Below are positions 11,694 through 23,148 of a DNA stretch of 64,000 nucleotides, piece after piece. The notes beneath the pieces are model-generated. The model did not search any database and was not told the origin of the DNA. It worked only from the letters and a program-made list of their open reading frames with translations. Made by a program: the position numbers and the translations under genes. The stretch covers positions 32,001 to 96,000 of the forward strand of contig BK006948.2 in NCBI GenBank assembly GCA_000146045.2, written 5' to 3'. Position 1 is the stretch's first letter, and each line of letters starts with the position of its first letter. This DNA comes from TPA_inf: Saccharomyces (Eukaryota).

Positions 11694-12722
11694 ATGTCAG
11701 TTTTCGTTTCAGGTGCTAACGGGTTCATTGCCCAACACATTGTCGATCTCCTGTTGAAGGAAGACTATAAGGTCATCGGTTCTGCCAGAAGTCAAGAAAA
11801 GGCCGAGAATTTAACGGAGGCCTTTGGTAACAACCCAAAATTCTCCATGGAAGTTGTCCCAGACATATCTAAGCTGGACGCATTTGACCATGTTTTCCAA
11901 AAGCACGGCAAGGATATCAAGATAGTTCTACATACGGCCTCTCCATTCTGCTTTGATATCACTGACAGTGAACGCGATTTATTAATTCCTGCTGTGAACG
12001 GTGTTAAGGGAATTCTCCACTCAATTAAAAAATACGCCGCTGATTCTGTAGAACGTGTAGTTCTCACCTCTTCTTATGCAGCTGTGTTCGATATGGCAAA
12101 AGAAAACGATAAGTCTTTAACATTTAACGAAGAATCCTGGAACCCAGCTACCTGGGAGAGTTGCCAAAGTGACCCAGTTAACGCCTACTGTGGTTCTAAG
12201 AAGTTTGCTGAAAAAGCAGCTTGGGAATTTCTAGAGGAGAATAGAGACTCTGTAAAATTCGAATTAACTGCCGTTAACCCAGTTTACGTTTTTGGTCCGC
12301 AAATGTTTGACAAAGATGTGAAAAAACACTTGAACACATCTTGCGAACTCGTCAACAGCTTGATGCATTTATCACCAGAGGACAAGATACCGGAACTATT
12401 TGGTGGATACATTGATGTTCGTGATGTTGCAAAGGCTCATTTAGTTGCCTTCCAAAAGAGGGAAACAATTGGTCAAAGACTAATCGTATCGGAGGCCAGA
12501 TTTACTATGCAGGATGTTCTCGATATCCTTAACGAAGACTTCCCTGTTCTAAAAGGCAATATTCCAGTGGGGAAACCAGGTTCTGGTGCTACCCATAACA
12601 CCCTTGGTGCTACTCTTGATAATAAAAAGAGTAAGAAATTGTTAGGTTTCAAGTTCAGGAACTTGAAAGAGACCATTGACGACACTGCCTCCCAAATTTT
12701 AAAATTTGAGGGCAGAATATAA
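11694..12722 (+). CDS. GRE2: NADPH-dependent methylglyoxal/isovaleraldehyde reductase, extended SDR family (YOL151W), 342 aa
   Basis: Complete ORF. N-terminal GANGFIAQH Rossmann motif. Protein recognised as Gre2. Confidence 0.92.
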   Translation: MSVFVSGANGFIAQHIVDLLLKEDYKVIGSARSQEKAENLTEAFGNNPKFSMEVVPDISKLDAFDHVFQKHGKDIKIVLHTASPFCFDITDSERDLLIPAVNGVKGILHSIKKYAADSVERVVLTSSYAAVFDMAKENDKSLTFNEESWNPATWESCQSDPVNAYCGSKKFAEKAAWEFLEENRDSVKFELTAVNPVYVFGPQMFDKDVKKHLNTSCELVNSLMHLSPEDKIPELFGGYIDVRDVAKAHLVAFQKRETIGQRLIVSEARFTMQDVLDILNEDFPVLKGNIPVGKPGSGATHNTLGATLDNKKSKKLLGFKFRNLKETIDDTASQILKFEGRI

Positions 12723-12784
12723 ACTTTAAATGAAAATAGATAATATTTATATATATTAACGTTATTACAATTATTTTTTATCAT
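12473..12784 (-). CDS. Dubious ORF (YOL150C-like) antisense to the 3' end of GRE2. Probably non-coding.
   Basis: 103-aa ORF fully overlapping the GRE2 3' end on the opposite strand, with low-complexity translation. Confidence 0.15.
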   Translation of the reverse strand: MIKNNCNNVNIYKYYLFSFKVYILPSNFKIWEAVSSMVSFKFLNLKPNNFLLFLLSRVAPRVLWVAPEPGFPTGILPFRTGKSSLRISRTSCIVNLASDTISL

Positions 12785-12937
12785 CTAGTACATCTCTGCG
12801 CATTTTTCTCTTCTATATACAGCTTAATATGTCGAAAACGCGAAGCAAGAAAGAAAAGAAAATTGACGAAAAAACAATAGAGAAACGTTCAGATAAGCAT
12901 TTATCTTTGCAACACATCACAAGAAAAGCTGTGCACA

Positions 12938-13633
12938 ATGACCGGAGCAGCAACTGCAGCAGAAAACTCTGCCACACAGTTAGAATTCTATAGAAAAGCT
13001 TTGAATTTCAACGTTATTGGGAGATACGATCCAAAAATAAAGCAACTACTTTTTCACACACCACATGCGTCACTGTATAAATGGGACTTCAAGAAGGACG
13101 AATGGAATAAACTAGAATATCAAGGTGTTTTGGCCATATATTTGAGAGACGTCTCGCAAAATACAAATCTTCTACCCGTCTCCCCACAAGAAGTAGATAT
13201 TTTTGATTCACAAAATGGTAGTAATAACATTCAAGTAAACAATGGTTCTGACAATAGCAACAGGAATAGCAGTGGAAATGGGAACTCTTATAAAAGTAAT
13301 GATTCGCTAACATATAATTGCGGCAAAACTTTAAGTGGAAAGGACATATACAATTATGGATTGATCATATTAAACCGAATTAATCCTGACAATTTTTCTA
13401 TGGGCATTGTTCCCAATAGTGTCGTAAATAAAAGAAAAGTATTTAATGCAGAAGAGGATACACTTAACCCACTAGAGTGCATGGGGGTAGAGGTGAAAGA
13501 TGAATTGGTCATTATTAAGAACTTGAAGCATGAGGTCTATGGTATATGGATTCATACAGTTAGTGATAGACAAAATATCTACGAACTAATAAAATATCTT
13601 CTGGAAAATGAGCCAAAAGATTCTTTTGCTTGA
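12938..13633 (+). CDS. DCP1: mRNA decapping complex subunit Dcp1 (YOL149W), 231 aa
   Basis: Complete ORF. Protein recognised (EVH1-like domain with an N-rich insert). Confidence 0.9.
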   Translation: MTGAATAAENSATQLEFYRKALNFNVIGRYDPKIKQLLFHTPHASLYKWDFKKDEWNKLEYQGVLAIYLRDVSQNTNLLPVSPQEVDIFDSQNGSNNIQVNNGSDNSNRNSSGNGNSYKSNDSLTYNCGKTLSGKDIYNYGLIILNRINPDNFSMGIVPNSVVNKRKVFNAEEDTLNPLECMGVEVKDELVIIKNLKHEVYGIWIHTVSDRQNIYELIKYLLENEPKDSFA

Positions 13634-13689
13634 GCACAGAGGTGAGATGCCCAAGTGAGAATTTTTTTTAAATAATGATGTACTTTAAT

Positions 13690-13692
<3 letters not shown>

Positions 13693-13733
<41 letters not shown>
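13693..13733. repeat. (AT)20 dinucleotide microsatellite in the DCP1/SPT20 convergent 3' intergenic region
   Basis: Perfect alternating AT run seen directly. Confidence 0.95.
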
Positions 13734-13736
<3 letters not shown>

Positions 13737-13759
13737 AATGATAACTCTATTTAAGTAGA

Positions 13760-15574
13760 TTATGACATTGTAGTAGAAGAGGGCGTGCTACTTGCGCTCT
13801 GTTTCTTCTTAGTCATTCTTTTCTTTTTAGGAGCTGGTGTACCGCTCTCGCTTTTTTTTGCATTTTTTCTAGGTCGCTTAACCTTTGGTTTATCTAAATT
13901 ATTATTATTATTATTATTGTTACTGGTGGCATTGTTACCACTCCGTTTATTTGCGTTTTTCATGGCTCCACCATTCTGTTGTTGCTCCAAGGCCTGCTGT
14001 TGTCTTTGAAGTAGCTGTTGCTGTGGAGTCAATGGTGCTGTCATCGATATTCTAGCGTTGAAGGGGGTTGGATTGATGTTTGCACTTAAAGCCTGCTGTT
14101 TTCTTTTTTCTTTATTTATTCTCCATTGTTCAATAAATTTCAGCCTGCTAAATTGATTATTATCGTTACCCATGGTAGATCCCACTGCAGCCGCAGCCGC
14201 TGCCGCTGCCAAAGCTACTTGATTGCCATTAGCCAAACTGTTATTCCTTGTATTTGATGCGGAATTCGAAGTTGAGGACGAAGCTCCACGTACCCCGTTG
14301 GAACTGGAGCTAGCAATCTCCATCGCATTCTTGGTTAACGAAACAGCAAACGTGGAGTTGGTTATCGTTGTTGTGCGTTCATTCATGATCAACATCAACT
14401 GTTCATAATTTGAACTATGTTGCGGAAATTCATCGCGTTCTTCGATATGCCCTACAACGCCCTTCGTGCCTTCTCTCGTAGACTCAGCACGATGTTCGTG
14501 AATGAAGGATTTTTTTTCACTATCCCAATGAGGTTCTGAAAAAGCTGTTTCCTCCAACATGTCTCGGTGCTCATATGGATTTAATGGCACACTTAGTGAC
14601 AAGTTCCTCTTGGTAAGTGTTAAAATTTCAGATTCAAACTGTTGATAAATGCTATCAGAAAACCTGGCATTATCTGCATAAGACATCATGTCATAATACG
14701 TCGTCAAATCATTAGGCTTCAACAATGTTCGATATACTCTAGGTCGTTTGAAGGATGCCTTCTTATTTGCTGTGTTTGCGCCTGTATTTGCCACACCACT
14801 ATTAGGTTCGGATGGTTGTTGAATCTTGGAATTGTCCTGTGTGCTATTATTATTTGAAGGGGAAGAAGAGCTGTTCAAATTAGGCTTGTTCTCTTTGGGG
14901 GTGACATCAACTGTATTAGTATGGTCATAAACCTGTAAAATAAGATTTCCTTCGTAAAATTGGATATTACAGTCCCTTAAGACTTCCATAATAGCATCAG
15001 GAATCCTTCCTCTTGCGACGTACTCTAAAAATTCTTTCAAAGTTTCGTTATTTTTGGTTAATATTAAACCGTCACTAGTCAGCTCGGGTTGCTTTTGCTG
15101 CTGTTGTAACCTGCTATTTGCAGGAGCGCAAATCTTATAATTATTCTCATAAATATGAAATTCAAAACTGTGTAAATATTGCTCATATTTTTTCAAAATT
15201 GAGTCTGCATCTTCCACAAAATTGTAAAGTCTTTTAGGTCTTTTGTTTAAGGTCATAAGCATTTGATAAAACTGAGCCTCATAGTTTTGGAGTGCTTGCT
15301 GTTTTCTCTGTTGTTCGAGTAGTCTTTGCTGTAGTAATAATCGTTGTCTTTGCTGCAATTGCTGTATTTGCTCCCTGGTTAAAGTCCTAGTACCTTCATT
15401 GGCATTACTATTACTGTTTGTCCTCATAACAGGATGATTTACATTTGCTACCGCTGGGTTCATAGGAGGTGGTACATTAACTGGACTGCCTGGCGAACCC
15501 ATATTGGATGGTGTTGCGTTCACAGGAATACCAAATACATGGGGATCGTTTCCTGTCGGGCTATTGGCACTCAT
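13760..15574 (-). CDS. SPT20: SAGA complex subunit Spt20/Ada5 (YOL148C), 604 aa
   Basis: ORF recognised. Start placed at MSANSPTGN, the 8th codon of the longest ORF, which begins at 15595. Q-rich, N-rich and poly-Ala tracts are present. Confidence 0.85.
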   Translation of the reverse strand: MSANSPTGNDPHVFGIPVNATPSNMGSPGSPVNVPPPMNPAVANVNHPVMRTNSNSNANEGTRTLTREQIQQLQQRQRLLLQQRLLEQQRKQQALQNYEAQFYQMLMTLNKRPKRLYNFVEDADSILKKYEQYLHSFEFHIYENNYKICAPANSRLQQQQKQPELTSDGLILTKNNETLKEFLEYVARGRIPDAIMEVLRDCNIQFYEGNLILQVYDHTNTVDVTPKENKPNLNSSSSPSNNNSTQDNSKIQQPSEPNSGVANTGANTANKKASFKRPRVYRTLLKPNDLTTYYDMMSYADNARFSDSIYQQFESEILTLTKRNLSLSVPLNPYEHRDMLEETAFSEPHWDSEKKSFIHEHRAESTREGTKGVVGHIEERDEFPQHSSNYEQLMLIMNERTTTITNSTFAVSLTKNAMEIASSSSNGVRGASSSTSNSASNTRNNSLANGNQVALAAAAAAAAVGSTMGNDNNQFSRLKFIEQWRINKEKRKQQALSANINPTPFNARISMTAPLTPQQQLLQRQQQALEQQQNGGAMKNANKRSGNNATSNNNNNNNNLDKPKVKRPRKNAKKSESGTPAPKKKRMTKKKQSASSTPSSTTMS

Positions 15575-15932
15575 CCCTGAAATATATAGGCGCAAATTAA
15601 CCGTAACTATTCCTTCCTAATCCTCTTGAAGGCTACTTTTCTCATTCTTTTATCTCTGCTGGTCGATCATCTTAACACTTCTTCATGATTAATGGTCGTC
15701 AGGTATCACGAGCGGGTAACAGAACTAAGCAGTTATAGCGATCCCAGTTTTACTTTAAAGATAGTTAGTTAGTTATTAATGGTGCGGATAACAAGAACTA
15801 TTGTCACTCAGAATCTTATACAGGTATGGACATGGAACATTGGGTCATATACATAAGAAATAAATTATAAAGAAGGGTCGAATCAAACATAAGCGGAGAA
15901 TAGCCAAATAAAAAAAAAAGATGAAAAGAAAG

Positions 15933-16643
15933 CTATGTAGCTTTCCACATGTCTTGCATACCAAGGATAGATGTGACAACACCGGATAGCGCAACATACT
16001 CTTCGTTGCTAGACAAGTACCCTAGGTTGTTGAGGACGATGAACGAATCTGCAGCATCCCAGAATAGTCTTCTTAACGCGGTGTACCTGTCTTGGTATGC
16101 CTTCCCTAGTACCTTCTTGTGATCCTCATGCTCATCGCCTTGGCTTTGTGATTTTGCCTTGACAAACGCAGCAATCTGGGCATGAGATGTTTGGATCTTA
16201 CGAAGATCCATAGCCAGACCACTTAGGAGGCCGAACAGCCAACACCAATTGGACCAGCGAGGTATTTTCTTACCGGTAAGAACGGTTACAGGAATCACTT
16301 TCAAAATTCTCAAAAGATTGACTTGATCTAACGACAAATATGCAGCAAAGAAGATGTTTTTCAAAACATTGCAGACTCTAACGACGTTGTCGCTGGCCAA
16401 CTTGTTATCGTAGAATTTAGCAGCTGCCTGCAAGTGGTTTAAAGGCTTCAGAAACCTCAGAAATTTTCTGACTGTGGTAAATTGAGCTTGTAATTGCCTG
16501 GCCAAGAGAGATGAGTTCTGTACTGCTAAAAATCTTGCTAAATACTGCAGTAATCTGAGAACCTTTTCTCTGCCAGCTGAGCCATCTAGAAATTTGACGA
16601 ATCTCGTCACGGAGGGATGATATACCAGTGTATCACAGACCAT
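15933..16643 (-). CDS. PEX11: Peroxisomal membrane protein Pex11 (YOL147C), 236 aa
   Basis: ORF recognised. Start placed at MVCDTLVYHP, an internal Met of the longer 261-aa ORF extending to 16718. Confidence 0.8.
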   Translation of the reverse strand: MVCDTLVYHPSVTRFVKFLDGSAGREKVLRLLQYLARFLAVQNSSLLARQLQAQFTTVRKFLRFLKPLNHLQAAAKFYDNKLASDNVVRVCNVLKNIFFAAYLSLDQVNLLRILKVIPVTVLTGKKIPRWSNWCWLFGLLSGLAMDLRKIQTSHAQIAAFVKAKSQSQGDEHEDHKKVLGKAYQDRYTALRRLFWDAADSFIVLNNLGYLSSNEEYVALSGVVTSILGMQDMWKAT

Positions 16644-16863
16644 ATTGATTATACTATTACTTGATGAAGTCTTTGAAGTAGTAGATGGAGACAACGGTTT
16701 TTCAGTTGTTGGAGTCACTTCCCTTTTATATCTATAAATGATATACCCATCGCTTCGGGTTCTCCGAGATAAATGCCGACGCGTAGTGAAAATCGCAATG
16801 GAATTGATGCCAACTTTGTTCTTGGTATTATATTTTTACAATAGAAGGGCAAGCATAGAAAGG

Positions 16864-17448
16864 ATGGGTTACTATGACATTGATGATGTCCTAGCAGATG
16901 GGACAGAGTTTCCTTGTAAATTTCAATATGATATTCCTGGTCTTGGTTATTTGGAAAACAACCCAGGACGACCCATAACGAAAAACACTAAACTAAGCCT
17001 GCCACTATGGTTAGCAAGAATCCTTGCAATTGTGGGTGGTGACGAAGCCTTGGTAGATGAAGAACCTGTACCTTTTGTGGAACTCCTGCCACCAGATATG
17101 TTTTCTACGAAAGTTATGAACGCTATAAAGACCGATCCGGTGGCTCTGGACTTGCATTCCATAAATTCGCATTTCTTCAGTCTAGCCATAAAATGGATAA
17201 TGTTGTTTAGCGAAAAAGAACTGGCCAATGTCGTTAGTGAGCTACTTTTGCAACGTGCCCAAGAACTTAATCATCATGCTAGTAGTTTATCGATTGATCT
17301 CAATGCAGACTCGACCGGAAAAAATTCAGCGAACACTAATATAGCAACTAGCACATTTTTACTGAAACTAGAAGAAATGGAGAAGGAGATATATAAAAAG
17401 TCTCATGAATCTTATAAGGACACGAAAAGGTGGATGTTTAAAAAATAA
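16864..17448 (+). CDS. PSF3: GINS complex subunit Psf3 (YOL146W), 194 aa
   Basis: ORF recognised. Start placed at MGYYDIDDVL, an internal Met. The longer ORF from 16738 would overlap the PEX11 5' region. Confidence 0.75.
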   Translation: MGYYDIDDVLADGTEFPCKFQYDIPGLGYLENNPGRPITKNTKLSLPLWLARILAIVGGDEALVDEEPVPFVELLPPDMFSTKVMNAIKTDPVALDLHSINSHFFSLAIKWIMLFSEKELANVVSELLLQRAQELNHHASSLSIDLNADSTGKNSANTNIATSTFLLKLEEMEKEIYKKSHESYKDTKRWMFKK

Positions 17449-17554
17449 CACATCTTTTTCTTTAGAAATACACTATATAAAATAACTATAAAAAAAAGGC
17501 AACAGTATAATATTAAGTTTCTTTAAAAGTCTTGATTCTAACCCTCGCCTCTTC

Positions 17555-20500
17555 TTAGAACAATCCGTCGTTATCATCATTATCATTGTTTTCGTCGTTG
17601 TCATCGTTTTTATTTTGTTCCGAACCGCTCATTTGAGCTTCTTCCTCATCACTATCTTCAATAAATTCATTCGATAGTTGAGATTTTTTGCCCTTATTGT
17701 GAGAAGGCTTTTTCACCACATCATCGTCATCCTCGTCGCTGTCGGAAAGAGTTTTTTTAGCAGCTTTCCTTCTCTTAGATTCACCGCTATTTTTAGTTTT
17801 TGTTGACCTCTTTCTTTTTTGTCTTGGCTTTTCTTCGTCATATTCATTGTCTTTATCAGACAGATCTGAATCATCTTTAACATTATGTTCACTTATGGCC
17901 ATGGCTTCTCGCTCCTGGATTAACTTTTGTGCCTCATCTTGTAGTTTCCTATACTCCTCTGCCTGTTTTTCTAACTTCAAACGCCTGGCTTCCTCCTCCT
18001 GCTTCATCCATCCTTGCTCTTTTAATTCATTTTCTTCCAGAATTTTACGTGCTTCATCAATTTTGGCGCTTTGTTCCTTCTCAAATTCTTCTTGCTCATT
18101 CAAGGAACGTTCTAATGCACTTTTCATAGTAGTTTCACCCAATTGTATACGTTGTTCTAGTTCTTCCTTAGGAATCATATTGAATTCTTTTAGGTCGTTC
18201 AATTCTCTAAATAGTTCTAAACCTTCTTTTAAGCCTTCCAGGGAATCCTTGATTTGTTGAACCGTCCTAAATTTGGGATTTGATCTTCTTAATGTCTCTG
18301 CTATTTGAAAATGCAACAAAGCTATATTAAACTTAACACTATGAATGAACTTGCTCTTAGAAGACTCCTTCACGAAAAGATCCAAAGCAGTTTTGGCATT
18401 TTCCAAGGCTTTTTGATAAAAATTCACAGACCTTTCCTTAATGGCACGTGCGTACCAAGCTCTACCTAATAGGTTCAAAATATGTGGTCTTGTCTTTTCA
18501 TTGTCAAATTTTTTTAGAACTAATTCATAATTTTCGATCGCCTTACCATATTCACGCATTTCCAGATAACAATGGGCAAGGTTCAGTTGAACATCTTCAT
18601 TGTCTAAAGAATCTCTTACCTTCCTTAAAATTTCTAGAGCTGGTCCCAATCTTTTGCTTTCTGCAAAAATTATGGCAAGACCTTGAGCAGCGAAAATATT
18701 AAATGGATCAACTTGTAGAACTTTTTGATACAACTGGATGGCTTTCAAATAAGAATGCTTTGATTTTTCCTGTTCCTTTGGATTCCTGGACTTTTTACCG
18801 TCTCTGGCAATTGTCACATATAGATTAGCTAGAGAAATTAAGGCATATGCATCGTGAGAATTATACTTTACCAAAGTTTCCTTGTTATGGGTCGTACTCT
18901 TTTCATTGTTTTTTCTTTCCTTGCTGTTTTTCAAGTACCAACCATAAAATGAACGAATCTCCAGATCAGACTTGTTCAAATCTAATAGCTTATTCATTTC
19001 TGTACTCATATCTGAATCTTCTATCTTAGATTGTGCAAACTTGAGATATAGATTTCTTATTCTTGCCGCAATGTAAGCTGGATGTAAAGACGTCACCTGG
19101 GAATATATAGATTCTGATTTTTCACAGTCGTTTTTCTCATTAGTTCTTGCTATGTTATATTCAAGTGTAATATTGACACTTTCATCTTTATCACTCACTT
19201 TTGCCTTTGCTTGCTTAAAGAGATCATCAGCCTTTATAAAGTCACCGTTAATGAAGTGGTAACATGCCAAATTATTGAGCACTTCCAACGGAATTTCCTT
19301 TTTAATGAATTCCATTTCCTCCAAAGCTTTGGAAAGATAATCCAATGAAGTTTTATATTGGTTTTGTAATTCATACAGCTGAGAGATAACTAGGTAAGCT
19401 CTAGATATAACTAATTGGTTCTTTGTGGCAAGCGTTAATTTTAGGTATCTCTCCAAATACTTTAGAGCTTTTTCATTTAAGTTGCTTTGTTCTTTTGCTG
19501 AAGTGTTTTTGGCTGTCTTGGCATCAAAGGCCTTGCCTGCATAAAGCATACCCAAGATATAGTTTAATTCTTGTAAACTTTCATTTGTCTTGTAAAGATT
19601 CTCGAAAGTGATGATACTTTCCTCCAACAAGTTATTTTTAATTTGGGTTTGACCCAGCCCTAATTTCGCGAGCAGGTTATCTTCATTTTTCTTTAAACTT
19701 TCTTGAAACATGATGAATGATTTACGATAATCACCTAATGCATAATGCGCTCTACCACACCAAAATGAAGATTCAGATAGAACAATTTTGGCTATCATCG
19801 GACTCATTTTTAAAATCCTATGGTGATAAATATCCAAAACAGTTTGATAATCACCTTTGAAGTAGTAGTACGTTTGTAATAACGTCAATAAAACAGGATT
19901 ATGCTGGTTTTCGGAGAAAATGTTGTTCAAGTCACTCAATGCCTTTGTAAAAGCCTCCTTGAATGTTTTATCGTTTGTAGAATTGGTGAAAGATTCGCGA
20001 AATTCACCCAATAATACTAAAATGGAGGCACTCGTATTTTTTGGATTTAGTTGTAAGGCTCTCTGCCACGATTTGATAGCCATCTTAGAATCCTTTAATT
20101 GCCAAAAACACAGACCAATTCCAATACGAGGATCTGGTTGCAAAACAGGGTTGATGACCAGCAATTCTTGAAAAATTTTCAGACTGGCCATATAATTTTT
20201 CTTCTGATAAAGCAATTTCGCTCTTAAAAGTAAAAACAAGCAATTGGGTTTGGATTGCCTACCAGACCTGTGGTCTTCAGCATGAATACTCTTTACAAAA
20301 AGGTCGGATGTTTCCAAAGCCTTGTCATAATGACCGCGCTGGTAGTATAACTCGACCGTGGCTAGCATATTTCCAATCCATGTGGGGTCGAACCCAATAG
20401 CATCCTTTAGGTTTAATTCAGCCTGTGTCAGTTCATGCTCTTTCGTTTCCACACTCAGCGATTGTCCCTTTGCTAGATTTAAATGTGCCCAGGTCAGAAA

Positions 20501-20788
20501 AGTGTGTAGTGAAGCCCTTTCAGAGTTTTGGAAAACATCCAAGGCCATTTCAATTAGCTTAATACCTTCGTTTGTTTTTCCGTGGTTGCAATAAGCAAGT
20601 GCAATGGTCAACCAATGTTCTTTTTCAGAATTTTCCTCAACTAAAAGAGTCTTTAAATCTGTTGGATCATCCGGCAAGTCGGTTTCTAAATCGATACCGA
20701 CCAATTCTTCTGAAGCCTTTAATGGAATATCTAAGGACGTTGGCCATTCCATAGAAGGGTAGCCTTCCACCTTCATTGCGTTTGTCAT
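17555..20788 (-). CDS. CTR9: Paf1 complex subunit Ctr9, a TPR-repeat protein with an acidic/basic C-terminal tail (YOL145C), 1077 aa
   Basis: ORF recognised. Start at MTNAMKVEGYP, Met14 of the longest ORF, which begins at 20827. TPR repeats throughout. Confidence 0.85.
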   Translation of the reverse strand: MTNAMKVEGYPSMEWPTSLDIPLKASEELVGIDLETDLPDDPTDLKTLLVEENSEKEHWLTIALAYCNHGKTNEGIKLIEMALDVFQNSERASLHTFLTWAHLNLAKGQSLSVETKEHELTQAELNLKDAIGFDPTWIGNMLATVELYYQRGHYDKALETSDLFVKSIHAEDHRSGRQSKPNCLFLLLRAKLLYQKKNYMASLKIFQELLVINPVLQPDPRIGIGLCFWQLKDSKMAIKSWQRALQLNPKNTSASILVLLGEFRESFTNSTNDKTFKEAFTKALSDLNNIFSENQHNPVLLTLLQTYYYFKGDYQTVLDIYHHRILKMSPMIAKIVLSESSFWCGRAHYALGDYRKSFIMFQESLKKNEDNLLAKLGLGQTQIKNNLLEESIITFENLYKTNESLQELNYILGMLYAGKAFDAKTAKNTSAKEQSNLNEKALKYLERYLKLTLATKNQLVISRAYLVISQLYELQNQYKTSLDYLSKALEEMEFIKKEIPLEVLNNLACYHFINGDFIKADDLFKQAKAKVSDKDESVNITLEYNIARTNEKNDCEKSESIYSQVTSLHPAYIAARIRNLYLKFAQSKIEDSDMSTEMNKLLDLNKSDLEIRSFYGWYLKNSKERKNNEKSTTHNKETLVKYNSHDAYALISLANLYVTIARDGKKSRNPKEQEKSKHSYLKAIQLYQKVLQVDPFNIFAAQGLAIIFAESKRLGPALEILRKVRDSLDNEDVQLNLAHCYLEMREYGKAIENYELVLKKFDNEKTRPHILNLLGRAWYARAIKERSVNFYQKALENAKTALDLFVKESSKSKFIHSVKFNIALLHFQIAETLRRSNPKFRTVQQIKDSLEGLKEGLELFRELNDLKEFNMIPKEELEQRIQLGETTMKSALERSLNEQEEFEKEQSAKIDEARKILEENELKEQGWMKQEEEARRLKLEKQAEEYRKLQDEAQKLIQEREAMAISEHNVKDDSDLSDKDNEYDEEKPRQKRKRSTKTKNSGESKRRKAAKKTLSDSDEDDDDVVKKPSHNKGKKSQLSNEFIEDSDEEEAQMSGSEQNKNDDNDENNDNDDNDGLF

Positions 20789-20976
20789 GTTTTTTTTTCT
20801 TGCTCTCAACACAAATGGACCAGACAATTAGAACTTTGCACAGAAGTGATTGTTAGATAAGACACTATGGTACTAATAACAACTGTCTATCTACCGTAAT
20901 ATTATCTTTTCCTATAAAATGAATAATTTTTCATTCAAAAAAAGTTCGATTACGGGTAACGAGCAAATAGTTACTG

Positions 20977-21006
20977 TGAAAATTTTTAAGAATTGAGCGA
21001 TGAGCT
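20977..21006 (+). promoter_or_regulatory. RRPE-like element (TGAAAATTTTT, 20977-20987) followed by a perfect PAC element (GCGATGAGCT, 20997-21006), ~95-120 bp upstream of NOP8
   Basis: Exact PAC consensus and a near-exact RRPE, with the spacing typical of ribosome-biogenesis promoters. NOP8 is a Ribi gene. Confidence 0.6.
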
Positions 21007-21097
21007 AAAATGTCAATGTCAGTCAATTAACAAAGTATACAATAGGCCCATATCATTTTAGATTGTACCTGAAGTGAGAACTAGGTAATATACGACG

Positions 21098-22552
21098 ATG
21101 GATAGTGTAATTCAAAAAAGAATTTTTGTCGGAAATATTTTCCATAATGCAGATGATTGTTATTCAGAACTACTAGATCGATTTGGAAAATTTGGTGATT
21201 GCCAAGATTTTCAGTTTGAAAAACACAACCACTTTGCATTTATCGATATAAGGTTTAATGATGAGGCAGATTTTAACAAGCTAAGAAAGAGCTTTAATAA
21301 TGTTAAGTTTAAAGGGAACATTTTGAAGGTTGATGAAGCAAAGCCGAATTGGGAAAGCACCTGGGCGGTACAACATGCAAAGGACCTTAAAGAAGATATT
21401 ATACTAAATGCTAAAATGAAAAAAAAGAATTGGCAACATTATAAGAAAATGGAAAATGTAGCGAAAAGTTGGAAAGATCATAAGGAAGTTATTGCTGGCA
21501 GAATGAGGGAGGCGCCGAGAAAAAGGAGTCAATTGAGGAACATTACATTCAGGATCAATGTCAATGGTTCATTGAAAGTTTACAAATGCTATAAGACTAA
21601 ATTATGGGGTTATGAAAGGAACAAAGAATTGAATGACCTTGTGTACAAGTTTACAAATAATTTCTGGAAAAACGGATACAACCACATTGTCGATAGATTG
21701 GATTACAGTCGTGCTGTTAAAACTGTTCGATTCAAAAATGGGCTGAAACAGTTAACAGTGTCAAAAGATGAAAACGTTTGCAGTGGAGAGATGGACAGCG
21801 ATGAGAATATGTCAGAAGAGGAGAAGGAGAAAAATAATGTTATTCTTAATGACCTATTAAAGGACTTTGACTTCGATAAGCCAATGACGTTGAATGATTC
21901 GGACGAGGAACTTCTGACAGAGCAACGTAAAGGAGAGGAAGAAGAAGAAGAAGAAGAAGAAAAAGAAGTAAACGCTCCCGAATACGAGAATGTTAATAAG
22001 ACGAAGGACCAGAGCACCCTACCACAAGAAAAACCAGAGGAAAGGAAAGAACAGGACGAGGGCGACGGGCAGGAGGATAATGAATTTATTCCGACTTTCA
22101 CCAAGGAAATTGGTCAAGGTACAATAAGCAACACTGAGACGTTAAGAAACCTATTCAACCCCAACGAGGCAGAACCTGTATCACAATTCAAATTGATTGA
22201 AGATTCTGATAATGATATTGATCATGCGAAAGATGTTGATGTGAACCAACTGGAGGAAGAAGTAAGTAAATCATCTGACACCCTAGGTTTGACATCGGCT
22301 CCCGTACCACATGTATCTAGAGATAAAGATAACAAAAATTTCTTGTTTTTCCCTCATTTGCAATCGCCATTTTTAGTAGGACAAACACAGTTGAGTAAAG
22401 TAAGGGCTCCTGGAAGAGAAACAATGCTATCGAACTGGGATGAGGAGTTCTGGGCTAACAGAGGTAATTGGACCCGTGATATGAGGCGCAAAATGAAAGA
22501 TGCATTGAAGCACCGTAAGAGGAAACAATCAAAGAGCGGGCTTCTTCTATAG
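21098..22552 (+). CDS. NOP8: Nucleolar 60S-biogenesis protein Nop8, RRM-containing (YOL144W), 484 aa
   Basis: Complete ORF recognised. Acidic poly-E tract encoded by (GAA)n near 21938-21965. Confidence 0.88.
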   Translation: MDSVIQKRIFVGNIFHNADDCYSELLDRFGKFGDCQDFQFEKHNHFAFIDIRFNDEADFNKLRKSFNNVKFKGNILKVDEAKPNWESTWAVQHAKDLKEDIILNAKMKKKNWQHYKKMENVAKSWKDHKEVIAGRMREAPRKRSQLRNITFRINVNGSLKVYKCYKTKLWGYERNKELNDLVYKFTNNFWKNGYNHIVDRLDYSRAVKTVRFKNGLKQLTVSKDENVCSGEMDSDENMSEEEKEKNNVILNDLLKDFDFDKPMTLNDSDEELLTEQRKGEEEEEEEEEKEVNAPEYENVNKTKDQSTLPQEKPEERKEQDEGDGQEDNEFIPTFTKEIGQGTISNTETLRNLFNPNEAEPVSQFKLIEDSDNDIDHAKDVDVNQLEEEVSKSSDTLGLTSAPVPHVSRDKDNKNFLFFPHLQSPFLVGQTQLSKVRAPGRETMLSNWDEEFWANRGNWTRDMRRKMKDALKHRKRKQSKSGLLL

Positions 22553-22594
22553 TGAGTATATATACATATATAGTATAGATTTCTCTGCGCTTAT

Positions 22595-23148
<554 letters not shown>

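Noticed and set aside
13785-14857. Plus-strand ORFs inside SPT20 (74, 61 and 71 aa)
   Set aside because: Antisense to SPT20 low-complexity regions (poly-Q/N gives poly-L/F antisense). Artefactual.
17847-20754. Multiple plus-strand ORFs (60-137 aa) inside CTR9
   Set aside because: Antisense to a long, well-supported TPR protein gene. They have Ser/Leu-rich translations typical of antisense frames. Not independent genes.
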